A stretch of 64,000 nt of DNA from the NCBI GenBank assembly GCA_000004695.1, contig CM000155.2:992001-1056000 (forward strand). The letters run 5' to 3'. A program made the translations under genes and the position numbers. Positions 14,156 to 26,380 of this stretch are shown in pieces. The stretch is from Dictyostelium discoideum (Eukaryota). The number at the start of each line of letters is the position of its first letter. Within the stretch, counting starts at the first letter, position 1. The notes beneath the pieces were generated by a model, which was not told the origin of the DNA, searched no databases, and saw only the letters and a program-made list of their open reading frames with translations.

Positions 14156-16876
14156 TCAATATCCAATAGGAATTTCAATATCAATTAAATAACCTTTTGA
14201 AATGAAATAATTAACAAATTTGTGAATTTTTGTTATTTTGGTGTGTAATTGAATATTTCTAGTGACAACACTTTCAATTTTGAAATTTGGATATAAATTA
14301 TTTAAAAGTAATTCACAAAAGGGAATAACGGAATGATTTGATAAATCTAAACGTTTTGTGAGATTATCAACACAATTTAAATCGGTTAATTTTAATAAAC
14401 TGTCAATATTTGTGAATAAACTTTGATATTTGACAATTAAACTTTCATTTGCATTTAAAAGAGATTTATTCCAAAAATCTTTAATTTTAGTTTGAATATT
14501 TGATTTTTCTTCTTGACTATTATTATTTTTGTTATTGTTGTTGTGAAATATTAAAATATGATTAATTAAATTGAAATTTTTTAATAATGATTCTCGATTT
14601 GATACTTTATGGTTAACAATTAAATTTGCCACTGATTGACAAGAACAAAATTTAAAGAATTTTTCAAATGATTTAGAATCCATTGAGGAGTTTAGTGTAT
14701 TTTCAAAAACCTTTAAAGAATAATAAAATACTCTTCCATTTTCCAATTCTTTACAAGATGGACAATTATTATAACTACTACCACTAATACTACTACTATT
14801 ACTACTATTATTACTAATATTTGAAAAAGTTAATTGAATAACTGAACCAACTGTTTGATTTGAAGAATCATTTAATAATTGTTGAATTAATTCCAAATGT
14901 TTCAAAAATAAATCATATCTTTTAATATTAAGGAAATAAAGTAAGTTTGAATTTAATGAATCATTAATATTATAAACCAAATTTGAAAACAAAGCTTTTG
15001 AAGATGGTGGTAATAATGATAAAGTATTTGAAGGTAAAATTGAAATTCTTTCAATTAAACTATCCATTAATTCATTATGATTCATTCCTCTATTACCAAA
15101 AATTCCTTTGCCAAATATTAGATTAAATGTAAAATAGTTTGGATTTAAATATTTTCTAATATCATAACCATCAAATTTATAATCTTTATCTTCAAAGTAA
15201 TGCTTTTTATCGTTGACTGGTTGATCATTAAAAACTGAAGTAATAAATGGAAATTCCATTAAATATTTGGTAAAGTATTGTGATTTAATATTTAAATAAT
15301 GAATTGAATGATAGATAGTATGATGAATTGGTATATTTGCAATTTGAATTAATCTATAAATATATCTAACCCTTTCAATAACTATACCATCTTTTGAAAT
15401 TAATCTTTTAAACATAAAGTTTATAATATCTTCTAAAACCAATAGATAGTGTTCGCTATTGTTGTTACTTGATGTATAATTTCTTTTATAAAGATCAATG
15501 AAAATTTCAATGCATTCAATAAGAGGAATTATATTTGCTGATGATGATTTAAAAAGAATTGGTTTGGATCTTGTATTTTCAAAAACTATAAAATGATAAT
15601 TATTTTTAAATTCATTCCATTTCTCTTTGAATTTTTCTAAATTTGATTCAATTAAATTATATGAATTATGGAATACTAATTTAAATACATGCGAGAATCC
15701 AAAATCTATAGCTCTAACCAAACATTTAAATGTTTCATCAATATGTTGATTGAAATTAATTTTAACTTTTAAAATTTCTAAATAATCATTTGAAGAAGAT
15801 GACGATGATAAAGAAGATGATGAAGAAGATGATTCACTTAAACTACTTGAAGTTTTTGTAATATGATTAACATATCTAAAGAAGTTTTGTGGGGTACCAA
15901 TTTTTGTAAAATTTGTTTTTTCTAAATAATTTGAAAATTTAACAATTTGATTAGCAGTTTCTAAATAAAAATATGGTATTGAATTAATATCAACAATGGA
16001 ATCAATTTGAAAAACTGTTTCATAATCTTGAGTTTTAATGGCTTCATTATAAGGAAACTTATATAACCATTGGAGATATCTAATATATTCTTGATTGTTA
16101 ACAACATTGGGTGGTGGTGGTGATAAAAATTTAAATTTTGGATTATTAATTTCTAATGATCTCTCCATTGCATATTGAACCAATTGATAGGTTTGAAAGT
16201 GAAATGATGATGATCTTTCATTAAATTGATAGAATAGGTCATCCAATGATTGATTTTCAATATTATCAAAAAACCAATCAATAGTTTCTTTATCTTTTAT
16301 TAAGATTTGAAATGATTTTAAATTTAATAGATGATTCCATTTATTTGGCAATATATGTTTGAATCTATTATCCCAACGATTGGTTGATTTTAAAAGATTG
16401 ATTAATTTTTCATAACTCTCTGAATCTTTTACATTTGAAAATATAAAGCTCTTTATTGTATAATCTAAATCTTTGTTTGAAAAGTATCTTTCATCCAATG
16501 ATATATAAAATTCAACAAATTCATAAAATTCATTGAAACTTGTATCCCATTTAAATGTTTTATATCTTAATTCTAATTTTTTAAATAATAATTGATTCTT
16601 AATTAAATCATTAATACTTTTATAATCAATATCAATATTATTATTATTTTCATTATTATCGCCATTATTATATAATGATACTAATGATTTGAATGAATTT
16701 GTATTAAATGATAATAACATCCAATTAAGTAACATTAAAATTTGTGGATTATTTGATAATTCTTTAATTGGTTCTTTATATTGATCTAAATAATTTTGAT
16801 AAAATTTATTGAAATCTTGTTTTGCCAATTGTTTATGAATTTCTTTTATTTTATTTTCTTCATTATCAATAAAACA

Positions 16877-16957
<81 letters not shown>

Positions 16958-18307
16958 GAGATTGTTGTTATTATTATTATCATTAATTATATTTTCAACT
17001 ATATCAATTGATTGATTAGTTGATTGATCAGTGATTTGAGATTTCTTTTGATACTCTTTAAATAGTTTCAAAGAGATAAGAGTACTTTTTGATTTTATTG
17101 ATTTTAATTTTAATAGTGAATATAGTTCTAATTTATTATCTGGTGAAAAAGTTGATAAATCAAATATAGTAGAATTATTTGAAATTAATTCAAATAATTC
17201 TTGACAACTTTCAATCTTTTCATAGGCTAATCTAATTAATTCTTTCTTTATTTCAATTGAAATCATCGATAAATCCTTATTTTTCATTAAAAAATGTAAA
17301 GGTGATGGAATCGATATAATGGTATAAGATCTCATTTGTTTAATTAAAAATTCTATTTGTTTTTCTAATACTATTTTTTGTTGTTGATATTGATTTTCTT
17401 GTTGATTATCTTGTTCTTGTTGTTGTATTTGTTGAAGTACTATTTGTAGTTGCTCCTCCTGTAGAAATGGTTGTTGATTTTGTATTTGTTGTTCTTGTAG
17501 TTGTTGTATTAATTGTTCTTGTTCTTGTTGTTGTTTTTGTTGTGGCATTTTTTGTTGTTGTTGAAATTGTAGTTCTTGTTGTTCTAGTGGTAGTAGATTA
17601 TGATGATGATGCTGTTGTTGTTGTGGTTGATATTGTTTTTGAAGATAATTATATGCAGAAAGGAGAGCTAACAATGAGAATTGTGGTTTATAGCTATTAA
17701 TGGTTGGGTGATGAGTATTATTTAAATTTTCGAAAACTTTCAATAATAATGAATCGGACATAATAAATGAGAATGGTTCATTTATTAAAATATTAAGAAT
17801 CTCTAAATTTGGTTGAGGGTTGATTCTATTATTAAATACAATTGATAATAAATCAAACTCTATTAACTTGTTTCTCTTTAATGTACTAATAGTTTGTAAA
17901 ATTTCTTTAAACATAATACACTCTTCTACTGTATTAACACTAAGATTATCAAACACAGATATCATTTTATTTAAAAATTTACCAATGCCAATTCTATCGA
18001 TTTTAGTGCGTTCAAGTTTGTTTTTCTCTAATTCTAATTTAAATTCTTGTAAACCATTTTTCTTTTCTAAAAAATAGTTGATTGTATATAAATATTTCTT
18101 ATTGAAAGATTCGATATCATTGATATTATCGTCATCAAATTCATTATAATAATTATTATTATTATTATTTAAATAAATATTCTCTTTAACGGGTGTATGA
18201 TATCTATAATCGACCCATTGCGTTGTTTTTAAATCATCCAAAATATAAAGAAATAGAAATTTATTTTTGAATACTTTCCAAAAAAGGATTTCATTGTGAT
18301 CTTCCAT
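14156..18307 (-). CDS. Uncharacterised 1383-aa protein with an N-terminal 'EILFWKVFKN' motif; paralog of the adjacent divergent gene
   Basis: A long uninterrupted ORF with poly-N/poly-Q tracts and no recognisable domain. It shares 'EILFWKVF(K/R)N.FL' and a downstream 'KT(T/E)(Q/W)W' motif with the gene at 18717. Confidence 0.6.
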
Positions 18308-18314
18308 TTTTTTT

Positions 18315-18349
<35 letters not shown>

Positions 18350-18716
18350 TTATTTATTTGTTTATATATTTAAATGTTTATTATTTGTTATTTATTTGTT
18401 TATTTAAATGACACCAAAATATCAAAGTTTTTTTTTTTGTTTTTTTATGCAGAAAAAAAAAAAAATAAAAAAATAAAAAAATAAAAAAAAATAATAAAAA
18501 TAAATAAAATAAAAAAATTGGAAAAAAAAATGAAATTCAGAGAAAATAAAAATTTTTTATAAAAAAGATATTATTTTTTTTTAAAAAAATTTTTGATTTA
18601 AGATATTTTTTATTTTAACTCAAAAAAATAAAAAAAAATTTAAAAAAAAACCACCCCTTATTTTTTTTTTTTTTTTTCATCACATTAAACCACTGTTGCT
18701 GATTATAAAATATAAA

Positions 18717-18770
18717 ATGAAAGAAGATTTAAATAATAATAATAACAATATTAATAATAATAATAATATT

Positions 18771-18801
<31 letters not shown>

Positions 18802-21122
18802 GTAATGATAATAATAATGATAATAATAATAATGAAATACTATTTTGGAAAGTTTTTCGAAATATTTTTTTGAAATCTAAAATTTTTAAAATAATTATTA
18901 ATAATTCAAAATTTAAAATTGGTATTTATCATTATGATGAAATCAATAAAACAGAGTGGATGATTCAAAATGGTCATTTAAATTTATTATGGGATAAAGT
19001 TGTAATTAAAAAAGAAAAAAGTTTAGTATTTGATTGTACTTTTAAAAAATTAATTGATAAAGTAAATAGAAAATATAAATTAAAAAATGAAGAAATGAAT
19101 ATATATTATCAATATTCAATTTTCAGTGTATTTAAAGATAATTTAGAATTCTTTAGAAACTTATTTACAAACTATCCACAATACTATCAAATACCATACA
19201 CAACCCATGAAGATTTAGTAAGATTCTCTTTAGAATATGATAATATAGCGTTAATAACAATTTTAATTCAAGATTATAATTATAAACCATCATATGAAGT
19301 TCTACAACAATCAATTGAAATTGGGTCAATAAAAGTTGCCAATTATTTATTTAATTATTTTAATAGTAGTAATAATAGTAGTAGTGATATTATGAATGAT
19401 GAAAAACTTTGGAGGATTGTGTTAGACTATAATTCAATTGATGATATTAGAATTTTAAATAAAAGAGTGGATTTTTTTATAAATAAATTGGGATTAAAAG
19501 TACCACAAACATTAAAGATGTCTACATCATCATCATCATCAAAATCAATGATTAGATTATTCAAAATAGATATTTATAGAGAACCAATTGAAACGATAAT
19601 AGATTGTTGTAAAACTGTGATTTATTTAAGAGAATTATTGGAACCATTAATTTCAAATTATGAACCACGTGGGCGATTTAGAATGGTTGATAGTGAATTA
19701 TTGAAATCTTTTAAATGGTTATCAATTGAAGAAATAAATGAAATTAATGCAACGTTTTCAAGTAAAGATAAAGAAAAAATAAGTGGTAAAGTTAATATTG
19801 GCGATGACAGAATTAAAAGGTTATATAATTTATTAATATTATTTTCATCACCTTGTAAAATCCAAGGAAATTATTCATTTTATCGTGCTAAATATTTCAA
19901 ACAATTTAAATTACCCGATTTTCCATGTCATTATTTTGGAAATTTCTCAAACCCAATTGGAAATAACATTTTAATTAATTCAAGCTTTTTTTATTGTGAA
20001 AATGATAAGGAGTCAATATCAGATTATTGTGATAAAGCAATTGAATATATTAGACCATCTGTTAATATTTATTATTCTAGAAGTTTCTCAAGTGATCATT
20101 TAAAAGATATTTTTAAAAGAGAAAATCTATTTTGTAATTGTTTAATTCAAGACCTTCTTAAAGTTAAACAGGTTGAAATTGCTGAAAATTTTATAAGCAA
20201 TATTAACAAAATTTTTCAATTTGAGTTATCTTTCTCGATAAATGTGCAAACTAAAACAAATGTTTCAAAAGAGGTATTTGATTTTATTATTAAACATTAT
20301 TTTAAAGATAAAGATTGTGATTTCATTTTCGATAGTTTAATTGGCACTAAAAGTTTAGCAAAAAGTAATTTCTATTTACTATTTTATTTAAATGAAAACT
20401 ATTCAAATGAGTTTGGAAATTATTTAAAACAAAATTCACATCTACTTTTAGATATATGGTTAAAAATCCCATCAAATGTAAATATTACAGATATTAAATG
20501 GTTGATTGATATCACTAAAAATTCAAAAATCTCAAATTTAAATATTAGAACACCAAGTATTCTTTCAAATTCTTATTTAGAACTAATCGATTATTTAAAT
20601 AATGAAATGAATAAGCCACCAAGTATTCTTTCAAATAGTTCATTACCTTGCTTATTATCAGCTATTCAATATTTGAAAGCAAATGGTAAATTTGAATTTT
20701 CAAAAGAGATTTTAAATTCATTAATTATTGAAACTGGTAATTTTAATAATATTTTCAAATCATTATATAAAGAAATGGTAATTAGAAATGATTTCAATTC
20801 CATATCATTACTTATTGAAAATCAAGAATTTAGTAAAAACAACATTTTCAAAAAGAAATTATTATTGAAAATGGTTGAATATGGTAAAAATGAACTTTTG
20901 GAAAAGACAATTAATATTTTTGAAAAATCAATTAATCAAACTTCTATAATTGTTCTTTTAATGAATGCATTTAGAATTGGTAATATTGACCAACTATTAT
21001 TTTTATCAAAAACATTTAATTATAAAATTTCAAAAAATTTATTTGGTATGATTAAACTTGGTGATTATCTACCATTAACAAATAATAATCATTATTTATA
21101 TCAATATATTAATGATAAATAA
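18717..21122 (+). CDS. Uncharacterised about 801-aa protein with an N-terminal poly-N followed by 'EILFWKVFRN'; paralog of 14156..18307
   Basis: The ATG at 18717 (MKEDLNNNN..) is the real start; the track begins at an upstream TTG. It is transcribed divergently from the paralog across an approximately 410-bp intergenic region. Confidence 0.6.
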
Positions 21123-21212
21123 AAAGTATTTTTTTCAAAATCTTGATTTACATCTTTAGAATTTTAAATTTTTGTTTTATTTTCTTTTTTTTTTATGTTT
21201 TTTTTTTATATT

Positions 21213-21860
21213 GGTTAATCATAATTTATCCATTAAAGGAAATAAACAATAATTAATAGTTTTATTTATGAATTTTAATTTAAAAAATTTAATTTTTTTT
21301 TTTAAGAAACCATAATTATTTCGGTTATCTAAATAGAATTTTGGTTTGTTAAAATATGCAAATCCAGTTATTAATGCCATGATATCTCTATATGCGTAGG
21401 TCCTAGAAAGGTCATAGTTTACTCATTTATAACACCATTCGAAATATTCCTTGTGATTGTCGTTTGGATAATTAAATAATGGATAGTTTGGTTTTGTTTT
21501 GACTATTTTGGGGTCACATTAATTCCAAGAGCAGATAACCATAAAATGTAATGTATTACATTGTTTAATATTAATAAGTTTTTAATAATCATAATATTAA
21601 TAATAGTAATAAAAATAATAATTATTAACAATAATAATTAAAATAATAATTAATTTATTTAGTTTTTTATATATTTTAGAGTTTTCGTTCGAAACTCCTC
21701 GGTGGAATATAACGAAAACTCGAAATTTATAAAAACTGAAAAAAATGAAAAAATAAAGTAGTTTTGATTCACGCTTTACAGCATTTATATAATATTAATT
21801 GTGTGTTCCTTTATTTATTATGATCAATATTGGGGGAGGAGACAGGGGAAACCACAACAT
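21213..21860. mobile_element. Remnant of a tRNA-gene-associated repetitive element (TRE-like?) lying 3' of tRNA-Ile
   Basis: The composition differs from the flanking AT-rich DNA. The distal end carries the motif 'TAATCA.TAATTTATCCATTAAAGGAAATA..AATTAAT', which recurs at 50816 and 51660. It sits directly beyond the exB box of the tRNA. Confidence 0.35.
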
Positions 21861-21869
21861 TAAAAAAAG

Positions 21870-21880
21870 AGAATCGAACC
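21870..21880 (-). promoter_or_regulatory. External B box (exB) of tRNA-Ile: GGTTCGATTCT, about 33 nt downstream of the tRNA, followed by a T7 run
   Basis: The sequence matches the B-box consensus GGTTCGANTCC; duplicated downstream B boxes are a known feature of Dictyostelium tRNA genes. Confidence 0.6.
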
Positions 21881-21912
21881 GGTGATCCATTAAACTATTT
21901 TATAAAATTGCT

Positions 21913-21985
21913 TGCTCGATGCAGGGATCGAACCTGCGACCGTGGCGTTATTAGCACCACGCTCTGCCGACTGAGCTAATCGAGC
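21913..21985 (-). tRNA. tRNA-Ile (anticodon AAU), 73 nt
   Basis: GCTCGAT-TA-GCTC-AGTCGGCA-GAGC-G-TGGTG-CTAATAA-CGCCA-CGGTC-GCAGG-TTCGATC-CCTGC-ATCGAGC-A. The acceptor stem is 7 bp and perfect, and the D, anticodon and T arms are canonical. Confidence 0.9.
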
Positions 21986-22018
21986 TTTGCGATATTTTTT
22001 AAAAAGTTTACTGCATTT

Positions 22019-22055
<37 letters not shown>

Positions 22056-22320
22056 AAAAATTACAGAATTTTTTTTTTTTTTTTTTTATTTTTTTTTTTT
22101 TTATAAATTAATTTTTTTAAATTTTCTTGGAAAATAAAACAACTTGGAAAGTTTAAAAATTTTAAAAAATAATGATGAAACCCTTTTCTTTAAATAAAAA
22201 ATTAAAAAAATTAAAAAAAAATTAAAAAATTTGTTTCGTTCGTTTTTTATTTTTTTTTTTTTTTAAAATTTTATTTTTTTTTTTTTTTTTTTTTTATTAA
22301 TTTTATTTTTAACCACAAAG

Positions 22321-24654
22321 ATGAAAGGAAGAGCAAATCCAAAGAATGTTAAACCAACAAGTGGTAAAAAAGTTACAAAAAAGTTAGATAAAGGTGGAAA
22401 AGGAAATAATAAACAACAAAAATTAAAACAACAACAACAAAAACAACAACAACAATTACCAAAAACCAATAACCCAATTTTACATGCACAACAACAACAA
22501 ATTAAAAAAGATTATCAACATAGACCAATTAATATAAAGAAAAAACATGCAAATGATTATAGTAGAGTAAATTCAGATGAACGTTTAGAAGATGTAGATG
22601 ATATTTCATATGAAGAGTATAGACAATCTGAAATCAATACAAAGTTACGTGTTAAAGATCATGTTTTCGAAGGTGGTGATGAATTTGATAATTTTGATAT
22701 TTTAAATTCAGATGATGATTGCTTTGGTGATAATATTTTTGAATTTGATACAGCAGATTATGGAAGTACTGATTTCTTATCAGATGATCAAATCTCTCAA
22801 TTTAAAAGACAATTAAAAAAAGATAATATTTCAAAAGAGTATCATTTAAAAGATCAAAATGATAATAATAATAATAAAAATAAAAAAAAGAATAAAAATA
22901 ATAATGATGATGAAGACGATGATGAAGATGATGAAAATAATAATAAAAATCAAACTAAATTATCAAAAAAAGAAAAAGAAAGAATTAAACAAGAGAAAAG
23001 ATTACAAGAAGCTAAAGAAATTCAATTTAAAGAATTACCACCAATAAAGAAAAGATATTGGAAAGATACAATGAAACAGTTGACAAGTGAAGATCATCGT
23101 GAAATGCGTATTAAAATCAAAGCAAATGTTAGTACAAGTTTCGATGGTCAAGAGATACCAAGACCAATAATAACATTTGAAGATCAAGATTTACCATTGT
23201 CAATGAAAAAGTTTATTGGATTTCTTACAACTAAATATCCATCGATTACAGCACCAACACCAGTTCAATCACAATGTTGGCCAGGTATTTTAAGTGGTCA
23301 AGATATTTTATCGATTGCTCAAACTGGTTCAGGTAAAACATTGGGTTACCTATTACCAGCGATTCCAAACATTTTAGAACATTTACGTCAAAGGAAAATC
23401 AGACGTCAACAAATGACAATGCAAGAGAAATTAGAGAATAAAAAGAAATCAAAGTTATTAAAAAATACAAATATGGGACCAATGGTGTTAATTATCGTAC
23501 CAACTAGAGAATTGGCAAAACAAGTCGAATCATCATGTAAACCATTGCGTTCAAAGTTTAACATTCATTCAATCGCTATCTATGGTGGTGTTGATGCAAA
23601 TGAACAAAAAGATATTCTAGGTCAAGAACATAATGAAATCATCATTGCAACACCGGGTCGTTTGGTTGATTTAATTCAAAGATCAAAGGAAGTCGTTGGT
23701 TTATTGGGTGGTGTTGGTATGTTAATTCTTGATGAAGCCGATAGAATGTTACAATTGGGTTTCGGTGATCAACTTCAAAAGATCTCTGAACAAATTCGTC
23801 CAGATCGTCAAACTCTTATGTTTTCTGCAACTTTTCCACAAACTATGCAAGATGCCGCCAAAAAATGGTTAACAAATCCATTGAAAATTAGAGTTAAATC
23901 AAGTTCAACCAATCAAGGTAGCACCTCAATCATCTCTAAAAATGTTAAACAAGTGGTTAAACCAATCGCTGAAAAAGAGAAATCAAAATATTTAACAACT
24001 TTCATAAACTCAATTATGAAGAAAGAACTATTACTTAGAAATAGAAGTTTAATTTTAATCTTTGTAAATACTATTAAATCGGTTAAACCAATCCTAACTG
24101 TAATCGAGAAAATGTGTGACCAATTTCGTGAAAGAAAATATAAATGTGGTGCAATTCATGGTGATATGAAACAATTTGAAAGAGATTCAGTCATTGATAA
24201 CTTTAAATCTGGTAAAATCTCAATTTTGGTTGCAACTGATATCCTTGGTAGAGGTATTCATATTGGTGGTAATCTTAGATTCGTCATAAACTATGATTTC
24301 CCATCATCCTTGGAACAATATGTACATAGAGTTGGTAGAACTGGTAGACAAGGTAATAAAGGTCATGCTTTAACTCTATTCACTGATACTCCACAAAATA
24401 CTCCAATGGCAAGAGGTTTAATTAAAATTTTAGAAGAATGTAAACAACAAATCTCTCCTGATTTAATTAAATTGGCTGATAATTTTAATGGTATAGTTTC
24501 AAATGAATTTGATTCCATTAAAAAATTATTAGTAAATCAAGAGGATCAAGATGATGAAGAAGAAAATGTTGATCAAGAAATGAATGATATTAATCAAAAT
24601 GATGATGATGATGAAAATAATAATTTTAATTCTGATGATTCGGATAGAGATTAA
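22321..24654 (+). CDS. DEAD-box ATP-dependent RNA helicase with a Lys-rich N-terminus
   Basis: Motifs 'AQTGSGKTLGYLLPAI', 'PTRELA', 'TPGRLVDL', 'DEADRML', 'SAT', 'HRVGRTGR'. Confidence 0.9.
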   Translation: MKGRANPKNVKPTSGKKVTKKLDKGGKGNNKQQKLKQQQQKQQQQLPKTNNPILHAQQQQIKKDYQHRPINIKKKHANDYSRVNSDERLEDVDDISYEEYRQSEINTKLRVKDHVFEGGDEFDNFDILNSDDDCFGDNIFEFDTADYGSTDFLSDDQISQFKRQLKKDNISKEYHLKDQNDNNNNKNKKKNKNNNDDEDDDEDDENNNKNQTKLSKKEKERIKQEKRLQEAKEIQFKELPPIKKRYWKDTMKQLTSEDHREMRIKIKANVSTSFDGQEIPRPIITFEDQDLPLSMKKFIGFLTTKYPSITAPTPVQSQCWPGILSGQDILSIAQTGSGKTLGYLLPAIPNILEHLRQRKIRRQQMTMQEKLENKKKSKLLKNTNMGPMVLIIVPTRELAKQVESSCKPLRSKFNIHSIAIYGGVDANEQKDILGQEHNEIIIATPGRLVDLIQRSKEVVGLLGGVGMLILDEADRMLQLGFGDQLQKISEQIRPDRQTLMFSATFPQTMQDAAKKWLTNPLKIRVKSSSTNQGSTSIISKNVKQVVKPIAEKEKSKYLTTFINSIMKKELLLRNRSLILIFVNTIKSVKPILTVIEKMCDQFRERKYKCGAIHGDMKQFERDSVIDNFKSGKISILVATDILGRGIHIGGNLRFVINYDFPSSLEQYVHRVGRTGRQGNKGHALTLFTDTPQNTPMARGLIKILEECKQQISPDLIKLADNFNGIVSNEFDSIKKLLVNQEDQDDEEENVDQEMNDINQNDDDDENNNFNSDDSDRD

Positions 24655-24885
24655 AATAAATAAAATAAAAAAAAAGAATTATATGATATTTCAGAAAAAA
24701 AAAAAAGATTTTTTTTTTTTTTTTATTGAAATTCCTTTTAACAAAAAAAAAAAAATCATGATTGTTTTTCACGAGAGCTTTCGTCATTTTTTTTTTTTTT
24801 TTTTTTTTTTTTTGATTTTTTTTTTTTTTTTTAATTCATTCCGTTTTATAATTTTTCATTTATTTATTAAAAAAAAAAAAAAAAA

Positions 24886-26043
24886 ATGTTAGAATTAAGA
24901 TTAGGAACTTGGGAACAATTTAAATTAAATACTTATTCAAATTATCCAGAATGGGGTGATTCAATTAATATTGAACATTATTGGGAAAGAGAAAGAGTAT
25001 CAAAAGATTGTGTCACTGGACATAGACCATGGATTTTAGTTGATAGTGAACAACCTGATGAAATTTTAGCATCATGTGAATCATATACTCAAGAATCACC
25101 ATATTGTTTAAAAGGAACCAATGAAATTAAATATGGATTATCAGAATCAATAGCTAGTGTTTTCGTTGAACCAAAACATCGTAATAAAGGTTACGCAACA
25201 AAATTAATGAAACTTATTTATGATAGATTTAAAAATCAAGATAAAAGAATTTTTTGTGAACTCTATTCAGATATCAATCCAATAGTTTATGAGAAATGTG
25301 GTTGGATTCAAAATCCTCCAACTACTTTAAAAATTAATTTAAATGATAATACAACGGTTTCAAAATTTTTAAATTCAATTAATAATAATGACAATCAATT
25401 TGAATTTATAAATGAAAATAATTCAAAACCAGTTACAGAAAGTAATATTGAATTAGTTTTAAAAAAAGGTATTGAACATACTGAAAAAACATTGATTGAA
25501 ATTGCAAATCATAATGAAACTAATTCATCAATTGAATATGTTTTCTCAAAACAATTTACAAAATCCGAATTTTATTGGGAAATTTCTCAAGCTAAACTTT
25601 ATTCAACTATTATTGAAGGCTTTGAAGCTCCAACTGTATTTGGTCATTGTATTTTAAATAAAAAAGTTGATGAATTAAAAGATTTTAATGATGTAAAGAG
25701 TTTTATTGTTTGGACTTTTGATTATAGAGAAAAATGTTTAAAAATTTTAAAATTATTTGCAGATTCAGAATTAGATTTTAAATTTTTATTAAAGAAATCA
25801 TATGATCAAGCTTTAAAATCAAATCTCCAATCAATTTTAGCATGGTGGCCAAAATCTTCAAATGATAAATTTAAAAAAGAATTTGTTGATTCAATTAATC
25901 AAGAAATAATTATTAGAGATGGTTCAATTCCAATGGTTACATCTTGGATTAATTTAAATGGTAATAATAATAATAATAATAATAGCTCAACTGATATTAA
26001 TAAAGGTATTTGGATAAATGTTGAAAAATTTGGTTGGGTATAA
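24886..26043 (+). CDS. GNAT-like acetyltransferase-domain protein
   Basis: 'FVEPKHRNKGYATKLMKLIYDRF' matches GNAT motif A (R/Q-x-x-G-x-A). Single ORF of 385 aa. Confidence 0.5.
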   Translation: MLELRLGTWEQFKLNTYSNYPEWGDSINIEHYWERERVSKDCVTGHRPWILVDSEQPDEILASCESYTQESPYCLKGTNEIKYGLSESIASVFVEPKHRNKGYATKLMKLIYDRFKNQDKRIFCELYSDINPIVYEKCGWIQNPPTTLKINLNDNTTVSKFLNSINNNDNQFEFINENNSKPVTESNIELVLKKGIEHTEKTLIEIANHNETNSSIEYVFSKQFTKSEFYWEISQAKLYSTIIEGFEAPTVFGHCILNKKVDELKDFNDVKSFIVWTFDYREKCLKILKLFADSELDFKFLLKKSYDQALKSNLQSILAWWPKSSNDKFKKEFVDSINQEIIIRDGSIPMVTSWINLNGNNNNNNNSSTDINKGIWINVEKFGWV

Positions 26044-26380
26044 AATAAAATTTATAAATAAAACATATTTAAAACCTGTTTTTTTGTTTTTTTTTTTTTT
26101 TTTTTTTTTTCAAAATTATATATATTTATTTAAAAAAATTTTATAATATTTATTTATTTCGTGTAAATATAAATATAAATAAGTTGTTATTATGAATTAG
26201 GAATTAAGAATTAAGAATTAAAAAACATTTTTTTTTTTTTTTTTTTTGTATTTTTTTTTTTTGTATTTTAGTTTTTTTTTTGTTGTTACAAAAGCTTTTT
26301 TAAAAAAAAAAAGGTTAAAGAATAAGTTAGAGAGTGGGTTTGAGTTGGGGGTTTTTATGGATTTTCAAAAGTTATTACTG

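Noticed and set aside
16796-18077. Three plus-strand ORFs inside gene 14156-18307
   Set aside because: They are antisense to (GTT)n/(CAA)n repeats and give poly-V / poly-I artefacts.
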